Shown here: positions 39,126 to 52,608 of the stretch, one piece after another
Numbering within the stretch: position 1 is the first letter of the stretch
Layout of the letters: every line of letters starts with the position of its first letter
Assembly: GCA_951406725.2 (NCBI GenBank)
Contig: OX597823.1
Coordinates: 61,008,001 to 61,072,000, forward strand
Reading direction: 5' to 3'
Source of the DNA: Octopus vulgaris
Lineage: Eukaryota
DNA length: 64,000 nt
Translations under genes and position numbers: made by a program
The notes under the pieces: model-generated
Database searches by the model: none
Told to the model about the DNA's origin: nothing
Seen by the model: the letters and a program-made list of their open reading frames with translations, nothing else

Positions 39126-40368
39126 TTATTCTCAACCAACACACACGCATATGTATGAGCACCCACACACACACACCTAACCACTTTTGTAATTATTTCG
39201 CTGGCTGTTATTTCTGCGATATACCTCACTGCGTTCATGTCCCCACAAGGCTGCACATTAAACCATCATGCATACTTTTTCTCCTCTTCAGATATTACCG
39301 TTTAATCTATAATAAAGAGAGAGGCAGGGGAATAGAAAGCCTAACCTTGAACTAATCCAATTTGTACTAATCTAACCAAAACTAATTCTTCACTCCTCTT
39401 CTCTTCCCAGTGAGTCGAGTCTGCGTGGTTTTTATATCAACCCGGACTTGTCAATCCTTGGAAATTCATCCATCCTAAATGTGTAGACTAAAATCTTATT
39501 AGTAACTAATACTTAATACTTTGATCAATGTTACACAGACACACTCTTAATTCGATAAATATTTTCAAACTAGGTATTAGTAACACTCTACATAGGCTAT
39601 TTATATTATTGTATGCAATAAGTATTTTCCCAAAATTGATTTTTTACCCTTTACAGTGTTAATTTAAAGGGAGACAACTTATTGTTTACCAAATAAGTTT
39701 ATAATTATATAATTCAAGCCCATTGCGAAACTTCCTATCATCTACTAACAAATAGTCAGTGTTGTTTGTTTATAGCTATAAACTTACTTGTCAGTCTCTA
39801 TTATTTCTTTTAATTCTGACTATACTAATAATGACTATCAGCTGTTTTAATTTAACAATTTTTGGGAAAAAAAAAATAAAAGAATTAACTTTTAATGAAT
39901 CGGCTTTTAAGGAGGTTTCATAAAAATGAGTTTCTTTAGTAGACTGTCATGAGTTTGAGCTGTAAGCCTTCATATTGTCTCAAAATATATTTTAAATCGT
40001 ATCTCATATGATGTCAGGTAATGTATTTTTATTTATTTATTTTTTGTTTTTGTTTTGGTTTTGGTTTTTTTTTTCCATATCATCAACAGCTTTTTTCTTT
40101 TTGTATTTCTCTCTGAATCATTGATAACCTCCTGTTGATTATTCATCCCCTTCTACCACATCTATTTTTAGATGGTATTTCATTGTTATTCTACTGCATT
40201 CTTTATGCCTCTGTCTGTCAGCATGTCTGTATGTATCTAACATTTTATCTGCTTATTTATCTTCCTATCAATGTATCTGCCTATTCATCTTTCTATTTAC
40301 CCATCTAACATGTCCATCTATTTATTTGGTTATCTGTCTATTCATCTATTATCTATCTATTTATGTCT

Positions 40369-40406
<38 letters not shown>

Positions 40407-40524
40407 CCTTATATCTATACACCCATCTGTCTATCCATTCATCAGTCTGTCAATCTAGCTGTCAGTCAGTCTATCTGTTTCTTTCTCTCCTCTCTCCCTA
40501 TATGTATATATATATATACTATTT

Positions 40525-40732
40525 TACTCTTTTACTTGTTTCAGTCATGTGACTGTGGCACTGCTGGAGCACCACCTTTAGTTGAGCAAATCGACCCAAG
40601 GACTTATTCTTTGTAAGCCTGGTACTTATTCTATCAGTCTCTTTTGCTGAACCACTAAGTTATGGGGACGTAAACACACCACCATTGGTTGTCAAGTGAT
40701 GTTGGGGGTCAAACACAGACACACAAACATAT

Positions 40733-40786
<54 letters not shown>

Positions 40787-40950
40787 AATGGGCTTCTTTC
40801 AGTTTCCGTCTGCCAAATCCACTCACAAGGCTTTGGTCAGCCCGAGGCTATAGTAGAAGACACTTGCCCAAGGTGCCACACAGTGGGACTGAACCCACAA
40901 CCATGTGGTTGGAAAGCAAGCTACTTACCACACAGCCACTCCTGTGCCTA
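40525..40950 (-). mobile_element. SINE family A, full length
   Basis: Reverse complement of 31615-31993, with an intact head aggagtggctgtgtggtaagtagcttgc. Confidence 0.9.
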
Positions 40951-41039
40951 TTATATACACATCCATGAATCTATCTATTTATCTGTCAGTCTATTTGTCT
41001 GTCTGTCTATCTACCTATCTCTCTCTCTCTATCTATCTA

Positions 41040-41077
<38 letters not shown>

Positions 41078-41466
41078 AATATCCATCCATCCATTCATAC
41101 AACTATCATTTTATGGTTGTCCTTGCTGAGCATTCCTAAATCTGCTGGCTCGCAGGTGCTGCTGCTGCATAAAAGCACCCAGTACATTCTGTAAAGTGGT
41201 TGGCATGAGGAAACCATGCCAAAATAGACATTGAGCCTAGACAGCTCTGTAGCTGGACAGCTCCTGTCAATCCATCCAACGTATGCCATTGTCCATGGAC
41301 GTTAAATGATGATCATGATGATGATGATCTATCCATCTATCCATCCATCCATGCATCTGTCTGTCTATCCATTCATTTGACCATCTGTATAGCTGTCTGT
41401 CCTTCTCATATATATATATATATTGCATTTCTAAATCTCAGAGAGACTTATACAGTAGCAGCACAG

Positions 41467-41687
41467 TAAAGTGATGGTTTGTTGCCAACTTCATGTGACA
41501 GTCCCAGGAAAGGGAAGATTGTTACTGCTATTTAGCCCCAGGAAACATCGTTTCCAGGTGGCTATGTGGCACAGAACGCTTGCACCACATAGCCAACTGG
41601 AAACAGTGTTTCCTGGAGGTAAATAGCAGTAGCATTCTTCCCTTTCCTGGGACTGCTACATTAAGTTGGCAACAAACCATCACTTTA
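41467..41687. mobile_element. Foldback MITE, 221 bp, palindromic over nearly its whole length, TA-flanked
   Basis: TAaagtgatggtttgttgccaactt...tggctatgtgg / ccacatagcca...aagttggcaacaaaccatcacttTA. Confidence 0.88.
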
Positions 41688-42832
41688 TATATATATATAT
41701 ATATATATATACATACATACATACATACATACATACATACATACACACACACATTTTATGAAAACTAGGGAAAGTATTACTTAAGACACTCGTGCATATT
41801 TTGAATATGTAATATTTGTGTATACATTTTTCAAGCCAATGACAGGGCCTCTTCATGATCTCTTGACCTGCTAGACAAAAGTGTCAAACCTCCCTCATCA
41901 CACCCCAGCCATCTTAGAAAAGGAGGATCCATTTGGGAATATGGTCCTGAGTGCTTAGTACCAAAGAAAAGGATAGGACATTCATGACTCAAATATTTTT
42001 GATTGTAGATTCTACTAATTCATATCTGACACCACCACCACCACCACTTTGCATGTACCTTATATCAACACTACTACTACCATACATGTACTTTATTTGA
42101 AAATATCTTCCAAACTGGATAAGTTTACATTAAGTTCTAGTGAAGTCATATGGCTTAGTGGTTAGGGTGTGCACTTATAATCTTAAGATTGTGGTTTCAG
42201 TTCCTGGACCAGGTGGTGTACTTAAATTTTGAGCAAAACACTTCTTTTCACATTGTTCCAGTCCTCTCAGCTGCACATGAGTTCCAGCAATACCTGGGAA
42301 GTTAACCCTGTGACAGACTGGCTTCCCGTCGATTTGAGAGCATTGTAATCTCACTCAGTTACTTATACACCATAGGGACTTGGGTTAAACTCTATTCTCA
42401 TGAGTCTTAGAGCTCATGTCAGGTATATACCTAAGTAATATGTTTTGTGTTGTGTAGGACTAGATACAAAATAATTTTGTGTAAATGTTCCAACCACTTG
42501 TTCAATTTCTTTTCATCTTTCAAAACTGATATGTAGAATTTTCGTTTTCTTTGTGATCAGCATAATTTCAATGTCAGTATCACATCAATCAAAGAGAATA
42601 TTCTCAAGCAAGACATATTAAGACTACTCTCAGTTTGTTTGCAATCAGTTTGGTATAATTAGTATAATTATCAAATCAATAATTCTCACTTGCTTCTTGG
42701 TCCATCTGGTTTTGAAATATAATTTCTGTATCTACTTGCCTAAGGCTAGGTAAGAGCTTTTTGTATTTTTCTCTATAGAAAAGAATATATTTTATCTTTC
42801 TATTTTGTTATACAGGCATGTTACATACAGAC

Positions 42833-43180
42833 ACAGGCGTGGTTTGGTGGTTAAAATGTTTGCTTTGTAACTACTCAGTTTCAGGTTCAATACCACAGCA
42901 TGATAATTTTTGCAAGTGGAGTCCTTTGGTTGACTAATGCCTGTGTGAGTGAAATTTGATGACCAGAACCTGTATGGAACCTGTCATAAGCATGTGTGTA
43001 TCCCCATCTGTATGTATGTTTATTTATGTCCCTTAACTAAACATTTCAACAAATAAGAAATTAGTAAAATAAGTTCCAGCCTAACTTGAAAAGATTAGCA
43101 CTACATTTGATCTGATTGACTAAGCCCTCGAAGACAGTGCCCCAGCATGGTCACAGCTCAATGACTGAAACCAGGAATGA
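42833..43180 (+). mobile_element. SINE family A (diverged)
   Basis: Head caggcgtggtttggtggttaaaatgtttgc and tail cccagcatggtcacagctcaatgactgaaac. Confidence 0.75.
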
Positions 43181-43528
43181 GAATAATGTCTTGAACTGAT
43201 CTTTCAAAGTTGGATATTTTTCTTAGCTCTTCTGTTGAAATGTAATCACTGTGTTGAGGAATTCAGGAGTGTATGGCTAGAGATTTAGAAATTTTATTTC
43301 AGTTTCAAAAACATTGTGAAATGAATACTGATCAATTGTTTATTTACTGCAACATTTAAAATCAAAGAAATTTGTTCTTATGAGTTAGTTGTGAGCTTTT
43401 GTATTTGCTATCATACTGCTTAGCAGCTGTAGAGATACTTTCTCTCCATCCTCCATTTAGGTACTTGTAAGATACTCAGACAAGTGACTCTTAATTTTTC
43501 TAAAACTTATACAATTTTAGATGAACGT

Positions 43529-43755
43529 TTAACTCTTCAGCATTTAACTGGACTTACCCGGTGCAGATATTCCATCTGTTTTATGTTCAAGTGAGCCAGA
43601 TCCAGCCTCTCACACCTATCTTACAATATCATTTTAAGGATAAGCAATCACATCATCAAATCTCCAAGCTCCAAGATAATGCATGGTTAATTGATAACAA
43701 TATGAATAAATAAGTATTATATTTGGTAGGGCAATCTGAATGCTAAAAGGGTTAA
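43529..43755 (+). mobile_element. piggyBac-type MITE, full length
   Basis: TTAActcttcagcattt...ctgaatgctaaaagggTTAA; internal sequence shared with the copies at 9.3, 17.6 and 36.6 kb. Confidence 0.8.
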
Positions 43756-45667
43756 TGCATAGGAAAATAGATGAGCATAATCCCGAGAGGTGATAAGCCT
43801 GGTACAAGGTTATGATAGAAAATTCATTACTTGCAGGAAAGGAATTTCTCTTTTCTTTTTAAATAGAAAATAGTTACAACAAATATACAAGGCATATCTC
43901 AACTTATACCACTAATTGGTTTTAAGACAGGCAACTTAACTTGAAAGACAAAGTAACACACAAGACATTTTAGAAAGATTTATTAGCTTATATCCGTTTT
44001 AATAAATGGTTTGTGCATATTTTCACACGTATTTGATTTGATTTTCCACTTCAGTGTTGGATTTCAGGTGTTTTTAAACAGCATGCTTTTAAATATGTTC
44101 ACTGAGAGACCAGCATAAAAGTTGGATAAATTGACAAAAGTTGAGGCTTATTTTCCTTGTTTAATTTCTTGAATAGTGGCAGGGTGGGGTGGAAAAAAAG
44201 GGAAACATAAAGTCAGAAAAGAATTAACTCAAAACGACATAAATTGAGGTGTGCTTGCACTTCAAAATTGTGTCTTCAGTCATTTGTGAAAGATTAATGA
44301 TTTATCTATATGCCTGTATTACATTCAGGTTTCCTTAAAACAATGAATTGCAAAAATGTATTTTTGCAAATTGCTGAGGCTTGAGTACAAGATGTAGCTT
44401 ATAATATTTTGCTGTTATGAAGATCTGTTTTATTTGGGTATTGTTGTAAATTTTTTTTTTCTTGTATTAAAAGTTTAGGTGTGTGTGTGTTAATAAAATT
44501 GTATTGATATAGCGAGAGTAGATGGTTTACTGCTTTTTAGTTGTGAGTCTTATCAATGGACTTAAACCACACTATGAGATTTAAGCCTGAGGTTATAGAC
44601 AGCTAGACAGCATAGTGAAAATAAACATGATGAGCAATAGCTGTTACCAGTAAAATTAGGTTGTATAAACAGAAAGACAACTGAAACATTGGCATAAAAA
44701 CTGAGCCAAAGTTCAGTGTGAGCGTATTTCATTTTCACAAAATTTCAAAGGTTTCTGTCTGGAAGCTTATTTTGTTAATTAAAACAAGTTACTCATTGCA
44801 GCTCTGAATGTTGCTAAGTTTTCATACTACAGAGATTTCTCGTGTATCCTGTTACAATATAGCTTCTAATTGTCTTTCATTGAGGAAACATCAGTTTGAC
44901 AACTAAATGCAGTCTGTGGAAATGTAACTGTATATTTGTATCAAGTTGTCTGCTAAATCTGCTGTCAGCCAGTTCAGTTAACAAATGACATAGCTACTGC
45001 TTGTTTCATGAAATTCGCATTGAAGTCCATTCTGTTCTTCTGTGTTCAGGAAAGGAAAATAAGTTACTGAACCTTAAAACTGATTGTCCATATGTCTAGT
45101 GCTCAGTTGTACACCAGAGACATTTCAAATAGATTATGCTGACTATGCATTTAGTTGGACCAATAACAATATTGCTCAGCCAGAAATGTCAGAACAGATA
45201 GAGCAATTATGCAATTTTTATTTGGTTCTTTTATTTGGTTCATAAATTATGACATATTATGATAGACTATAACACTGGGGATTTACTACTTTATCTAATT
45301 CATTTATTGGAACATGGAGTTGACATTCAATATAGAAGAAAGAAATGGTATTATAAATGTTTGAATCATGATGCTTGCCAAATTGCTTGTCACATGCTTG
45401 TGCTCATAAGAAATGTTTATATTGGTCAAGGAGAATTTTGAATGAACTTTTAATATTGCTAGCTGTCTGTCTGTTGTGCAACATGATAAAAATCAATCGA
45501 TTTAATCTCTGATCTAATATTGACTGATTGAGAAAACTTAGGATTACTCACTTGCTCCAAGTTTTACAAATACACTCATCATTTTCTCCTCTTTCTTAAT
45601 TGTGTATTTATTAGATTATTCCTTAGAAAATCTCTGTTGTTTTAATGGAGTTTACTTTTATCCATAG

Positions 45668-45752
<85 letters not shown>

Positions 45753-48700
45753 AGAGAGAGACAGACAAAAGAAAATTATCTAATTTTCTTCTAATAATTA
45801 CAGATTCCAATTCCTTCAGACTACTTACTAATTTCAGGAATATTTTTTCGGACTAAATTCTGATCATGTCAGAATTCTGAGAAAGCTGAAATAGAAAACA
45901 GATGGTATTAGCTAGTGGCCTAGTGGATGAGTTTTGAAATAAAAGTTCCTGGTTAGAATCTAACCGCTGTTATGTACACTTCCAGCAGTAAGACATGTAA
46001 TGAAATTTAGAGTTCAAACTGATCAAATGTAGAAAAGAATGCTTTATCTCTAAAGATGAGGTAAATAATAAATTCATTGTATTCTAGGAATATTTCTGAA
46101 GCTGTTGTGTCTACAGCATTGTTTAATGGTTAAGAAGTTCATTTCACAATCATTGTAGTTTGGGGCTTTTATCTGACTACATAACATCTTAGGCAAGTAT
46201 CTTTTACCATTGTCTTGGGTCAACTCAAGTCTTGCAAGTGAAATTGGGTTGGCAGAAACTGTATGGAAGCCTGTTGTTTGGATTGAAATTGTAATTTACA
46301 AGACCATTCTTATCACATACTGTATCATGTTGACTTTGCTTGAGGATATACATTAAGTATGTATCATCATTTAACATCCCTTTTTCCATGTTGACATGAG
46401 TTAGGCAGTTCAACATAAACAGCCGAGGTCCAGTGTCTGCTTTGTTTGTAGCACCAGCTTTGGTGAGATCACCAGGCCCCCACAGAACAAGAGCCCTCAA
46501 CGTATATTACTGAGCGATAAGGAAATAAGACAGAGGGACAGGGGTGCCTTGCTGAAGAGGTGAATATATGGACCATCTGGAAAAAGAGAGAGATATGTGA
46601 GACCAAGATGAATATGCAACCAGAGTAGGAGACAGGAACAGTAGAAGTGGATGGGTACATTAGTGATGATTTGGAATATTTCCTCACATTCAATTCAATG
46701 AGTAGGTGATTCAGTTGATTGGGCAATTGAATACTTTTCATCAAAACTACGATCCATTTTAGTACTGTTACTCAAAATATTTAAGGTGAGTGAGCTTTGC
46801 AGAAACCATCCATCTCTGAAAGAGTTAAACTCAGCAACTTCATGAAACCCCTCTTCAATTTTATAGTGTTGCCTATGCCCATAGCAGCAAGTTATTCCTA
46901 TCATATGATAGTTATTTACAGTTAGATGACCTGGGCTGTGTATGGGTTACGTGGCTTGGACACAAAGCAACGGAACTTACTTGACCCTTCTACAAGTAGT
47001 CTAATACCCTGTTCATTCAGCCACCTGTTCTCTTCTAGAGAAGATGTTGGACCGTAGAATACAATGATGGTGGTTGAAATTGATATGGTTTACCATGTTA
47101 CTATACTGATATCATAAACTGGCAGACCTTGGAGATAAATCATGTTAAACCAATCAGCATGGCAGTTATTACTGCAATATTCAGTATAATCTCATTACTA
47201 AGTCTAATTTACTTAACAGCACAATCTAAAAGGAAATTGCTCAATGTAATAAGATTAAAGATTTTTTTTTAAAATTAGGATGTTCATTTCTTTACTATTG
47301 TATTTTCTGCTCCAGAAATAAAATTTCATTTGAGATAATTTTTCATTTAGCTTATTTTATTTAAGAGACAAATCTTCTCCAACAGTTGTTTTGTAAATCA
47401 AATATTCTCGAAAGAATAACATTGGTATATTGGTATCCATGTGAAATAATTAATTTCATGTATGCCACTTTTGCTATATCATCCTTTGGTTTAAAAATTT
47501 AATAAAATAACAGCACACATAGGTTTTGTGTGGGAGTTGTTCAGTTTCTCAGTAATATCCATTTTTAAAAAAGCAGTTTGTCCTTTGTAACTATCTGGTG
47601 GTATTCGCTACACAATGCTCAAAAACTGAAATCTATATTCTAAACTAAGTTCAGATTACATTTTCTGAGAACGTTAACTTGAAATAATTAAGCATTATCA
47701 CTTGTGTTAGTGATATATATTCAAATGCACTTCACTCTAAACATGAATATACATGTATGTATGTGTTGTTTTCTATGTGAAGCACTCATGTTCAATTGGC
47801 CTTTCTGAATAGAAACAATTTCAGGATAGTTACATCTCAACTACCAACTACATCAGTTGCATGACATTGAATGAAGCATTCGGATTTGTGCAATAGATAA
47901 AATTGATTTGTCATTGATTTGGCCCGAATCAATAAGTAGTCTGTTGTCACAACATAATTGTAATATTTATTAGCCATAGATGTTGTGCTCGTTGGGAATG
48001 TAGTGTTCAGCAGTAAAAACTTATACCATTTAAGGATTTTCGTAATTAATGTTCATTATCAATAGCAGACAAAATTATTTATATATTAATCATTAAACTT
48101 TTCTTTTGTCCTTTGCTTGAAAGGATTCCCTTGTACGTTTAGTTTTATTTGTTGAGCCTTTTATGTCTCTGAAGTTGATGAGCTGATCATGCATGAGACA
48201 TTGATGCAAATGAAGTGGGAATCTGTATAGTTTTATAATTCCTGTATCTGTATAGGTTAGGGAAGAAGATAATCTTATGATAAGATGTCACTTTTTAAAT
48301 TTCAGCAAGAGTTCGGTAATTTCACAAATAACGAACATTTATAATAAGATGAAGTTGTATGATTCTTTGGAATCTCTAAGTATGGTAACGTATTTCTGTT
48401 GATCTTTTTATTGTCTAAACTGAGTAATAATCTGTATCTGTCTCGTTTATCACAAAACAGAAGATGCTTTTAGTATGAATTGGGTGTGTGAATGTGTGAG
48501 CACGAGAGCATGGACTCGTGTCTTTTTGCATGTTATTCTGTGCACGAGAGAAAAAAGGAAAAGAAATCGGTTATAAACTATTCAAATTAATAAAACTAAT
48601 TATTAGCTTAACATCTATTTGAAATTTAACTATATGTTTCAGTCTTAAAGCTGTAGCTGTTATTAAATTTTATTTCTACTTTAGTTGGCCACATCTACTA

Positions 48701-49548
48701 AATAAAACAAAAAAAAAAAAACAAAAAATTTTAAATAACTCTAAAAACATTAAGCAAAGCTGCAAGAATTTCCTTTCATTCCATTTATATGTGCCACTGG
48801 CACATGGAATGTTTAAAAAAAAAAAAAAAAGGGAAAAATCAGTCATGACAGCTACTTTATGACATTGCTCTATATTTCAGGCGATGCCAAGTATGCATTC
48901 CCTGCCAGCATGATAAAATTGCTATTTATTTATTTATTCATTTGTTTATTTATTTATTTATTTATTTTTCTTATTATCTGACTGCTAAGTTTGTGAAACA
49001 CAATTCTTGATAACTTTATCCTAATAAAAACAAGACATTCACATGAATGTCTTGTGTTGTTTTGTTTTTTTTTTTTTTTTTTTTTTGTATTCGTTCACTT
49101 GAGACGACGAGGCTGTGGGCGGAGGGAAAGATAATGCATAAATAATATCAGTCTTTTGTGCAGCCCTCTCGGTATGGCGGGGGTGGGGGGGAACTGAGAT
49201 TACATCTGGTGGTAGTGGCAGTGGGGATTATACAAAATAAGACACTGTTCATCTCTTAAAAAAGAAAAAAAAAAAAAAATTTGGTATCCTTCTCATGCAG
49301 CGACATAATAATTTAGCTGTATGCTTACATGTGATGGATGAAATTCATGAAATAGCATGTCACTACAGACTTCCTTTCAATTTATCAACTCTGTCCTACA
49401 TCACCCTTTAAAAAAAAAAGGACATCATTTCATCACGTTAGTGTCAAACCCTATTGCTACTGATTCAAAGAATGCACTTTCCTATCACACTAACACCATT
49501 CGCTCCAAACCTGCCTTTTGTTTTGCCCATTTGTCATTTTAAAAGAAA

Positions 49549-49583
<35 letters not shown>

Positions 49584-50815
49584 GAGGCAGCGAGCTGGCA
49601 GAATCATTAGCACACCAGGCGAAATGCTTAGTGGTATTTTGTCAATCTTTATGTTCTGAGTTCAAATTCCACCGAGGTCGACTTTGCCTTTCATCCTTTC
49701 ACGATCGATGAAATAAGTACCAGTTTTGCACTTGGGTTGATATAATTGACTAGTCCCCTCCCCACAAATATTTTCAATGCCTTGTACCTAGAGTAGAAAT
49801 AATAATTATTATTATTACCATTATTAAGGTGGCGAGCTGTCGACTTTGCCTTTCATCCTTTTAGGAATCGATAAATTAAGTACCAGTTACACACTGGGGT
49901 TGATGTAATCGACTTAATCCTACCACCCAAATTTCAGGCCTTGTGCGTATAGTTGAAAGGACTACTACTATTAAGCCAATGAGCTGGTGGAATCATTAGC
50001 ACATTGGGCAAAATTGCTTAGAGGCATCTCTTTTTATGTTCAGAGTTCAAATTCCACCGATGTCAATTTTGCCTTTCATCCTTTTGGGGGTTGATGAAAT
50101 AAGTACCAGTTATGCACTGGGAGGTCAATGTAATCGACTAGCTCCCTCTCCAAAAGTTTCAGACCTTGCTTGTGCCTATAGTAGAATGGATTATTATCAT
50201 TGTTGTTGTTGTTATTATTATTATTATTATTCCATTCAGGGCAACTTTGCCTTTCATCCTTTTGAGGTTGATAAAATAAGAACCAATTGAGTGCTGGAGT
50301 CAGTTTAATTATTTTATCCGCTCCCCGCTTCTGTCAAAATTTGAAATTGTCATTATCATCATCATCATTGTTATTATTATTATTATTATTAATATTATTA
50401 TTAAAGCAGTGAGCTGGCAGAATCGTTAGCACATTGTGTGAAATGCTTAGTAGCTCATCATCTATTTTATGTTCTGAATCTGAAATTCCACCGAGGTCAA
50501 TTTTGTCTTTTGTCCCTTTTTGGGTTGATAAAATAAGTACCAGTTGAGCACTGGGGTAAATCTAACCGACTTGCCCCATCCACCAAAATTGCTGACCTTG
50601 TGCCAAAATTTGAAATCATTATCATTATTATTATTATTATTATGTCTATTAAGGCAGTAAACTGGCAGATTTGTTAGCACTCTGGAAAACTGCTTAGCAG
50701 CATTCCCTCCATCTTGGCGTTCTGAGTTCAAATTCTTCATTTCGGAGTAGATGAAATAACTACTAGTTGAGCACAGGGGTCCCAAATTTCAGGCCTTGTG
50801 CCTATAGTAGAAAAT
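49584..50815 (+). mobile_element. Head-to-tail array of six family C SINEs separated by (ATT)n
   Basis: Units start at about 49584, 49826 (internally deleted), 49973, 50238 (core only), 50403 and 50650; shared head ggc.g.gagctggcagaatc.ttagc and core ctttgcctttcatccttt.ggg.t.gataaa.taagtaccagtt. Confidence 0.88.
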
Positions 50816-51309
50816 AGATAGTATCATCATCATCATCATGCTGCCTTGCAAACTTTAATAGTTCACACATAGATTATAAAGGATATTTACATTCCCTCAC
50901 TTCCGACATTCCTCTCACATTCCAGCATACTCATTGGCACAAAACATGTTATATTTATTCCATGTCACATGCCATCAGTGAAAAAATATATATATATATA
51001 ACGCCAGGTAAATAATTTTTTATAACAGCCATAGCAGTGATATTCCTTCTTCATTACTTTATTACTGATTTTCTTGATCTTGGTATGAATGCATCCTATG
51101 TTATTCAGTGATTTTAGTACTTTCAGGTGTATAACTACCTTTCAACTAATGGAGGCAGATGTAAAATAGATATCAGAATATTATGTAAATATATGTTGAT
51201 AGATAGTTTATGGTGCTAACTGGACTAAATTTGGTCTTTGTGTGTTTCTCTGAATGTATGTTTTTGCATAGTGGCATGCCTTCAGTTTTATTAATGTTCC
51301 CTGCTTCTG

Positions 51310-51407
51310 CCTATCAATCTGTCTGTCTGTCTGTCTACCTGTCTATTTCTCTATTTGTGTGTATGTGTGTGTCTCAATCTGTCTATCTCTCTCTGTGTAT
51401 CTGTCTG

Positions 51408-51438
<31 letters not shown>

Positions 51439-51650
51439 CCATATATATATATATATATATATATTATTTATATGTGTTTATATATGTATATATATATGTG
51501 TGTTTATATATACGTATGTATAAATGTGTATGTGTATATATATGTATATAAGTGTGTTTATATATGTGTATGTATATAAATGTGTTTATATATATATATT
51601 ATATATAGATATATATATATATATATATATACATACATACATACATGTAT
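51310..51650. repeat. Compound (TCTG)/(TC)/(TA) microsatellite
   Basis: Directly visible. Confidence 0.9.
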
Positions 51651-51651
51651 A

Positions 51652-52500
51652 TCATCATCATCATTAATGTCCATGTTCCATGCTAAGTCTGACTTAGGTT
51701 TGGAAAGCCACCAGCTGCATCAGGCTCCAGTCTGGTGTGGCAATGTTTCTACAGCTGAATGCCCTTCCTAATGCCAACCACTCCAAGAGTGTAGTGGGTA
51801 CCTTTTCAGTACCACCAGCATAGGAGCCAGTCAAGTGGGCCTGGTATTGATCACGTTCAGATATGTGCAACCACCATGGGAGCCAGTCTGGGGGCACTGG
51901 AATCAGCCATGTTCAGATGGTGCTTTCTACATGCCACTGGCATGGTAGCCAGCCAGGCAGCCCCGGCATCGATCATGTTCAGATAGTGCTTTTTACGTCC
52001 CACCAGCACAGGAGCCAGTTAGGATGCACTTGCATCAGTCACATTCAGATGTTAATTTTTACGTGCCACCAGCATGGGAGCCAGTCAGGCAGAAATAGCA
52101 TCGACTGGCTAGTTCCATGTCACCGGTGCTTTTTATGTGCCACTGGAACGGGAACCAGTCAGGGGGCACTGGCCACAGCTACAGTTTGGGTTTTACTTGA
52201 CTCAACAGGTCTTCTCAATCACAACATATCTCCAAAGGTCTCAGTTTCCTGTCATTGCCTCTTTGAGGCTCAGTGTTTGAAGATCATTCTTCACCACCTC
52301 ATCCCATGTCTTCCTGGGTCTACCTCTTCCACAGGTTCCTGCCACAGTTAGGGTGTGGCACTTCCTCACACAGCTATCCTCATCTGTGCATAACACATGA
52401 CCATATCAGCATAATCATCTCTCTTGCACACCACATTTGATGCGTCTTATGTCCATCTTTTCTCTCAGGGCACTCACACTGTTGTGTATTCACACTGACA
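51652..52500 (-). mobile_element. RTE-clade LINE 3' end with a 3'UTR minisatellite and (GAT)n tail
   Basis: The minus strand encodes GTCGRGRPRKTWDEVVKNDLQTLSL..DLWRYVV, typical of an RTE ORF C-terminus. About six 55-65-bp tandem units at 51810-52175. Confidence 0.85.
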
Positions 52501-52559
52501 TTACACACATATATATGACTCTCCTTACATATATGTACATTTATATATTAATGTGTATA

Positions 52560-52608
<49 letters not shown>

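Noticed and set aside
49584-50815. Repeat-spacer-like periodicity suggesting CRISPR
   Set aside because: Eukaryotic context; units are about 200-bp SINEs separated by microsatellites, with no cas genes.
51863-52351. 162-aa repetitive + strand ORF
   Set aside because: Antisense reading of the RTE 3'UTR minisatellite.
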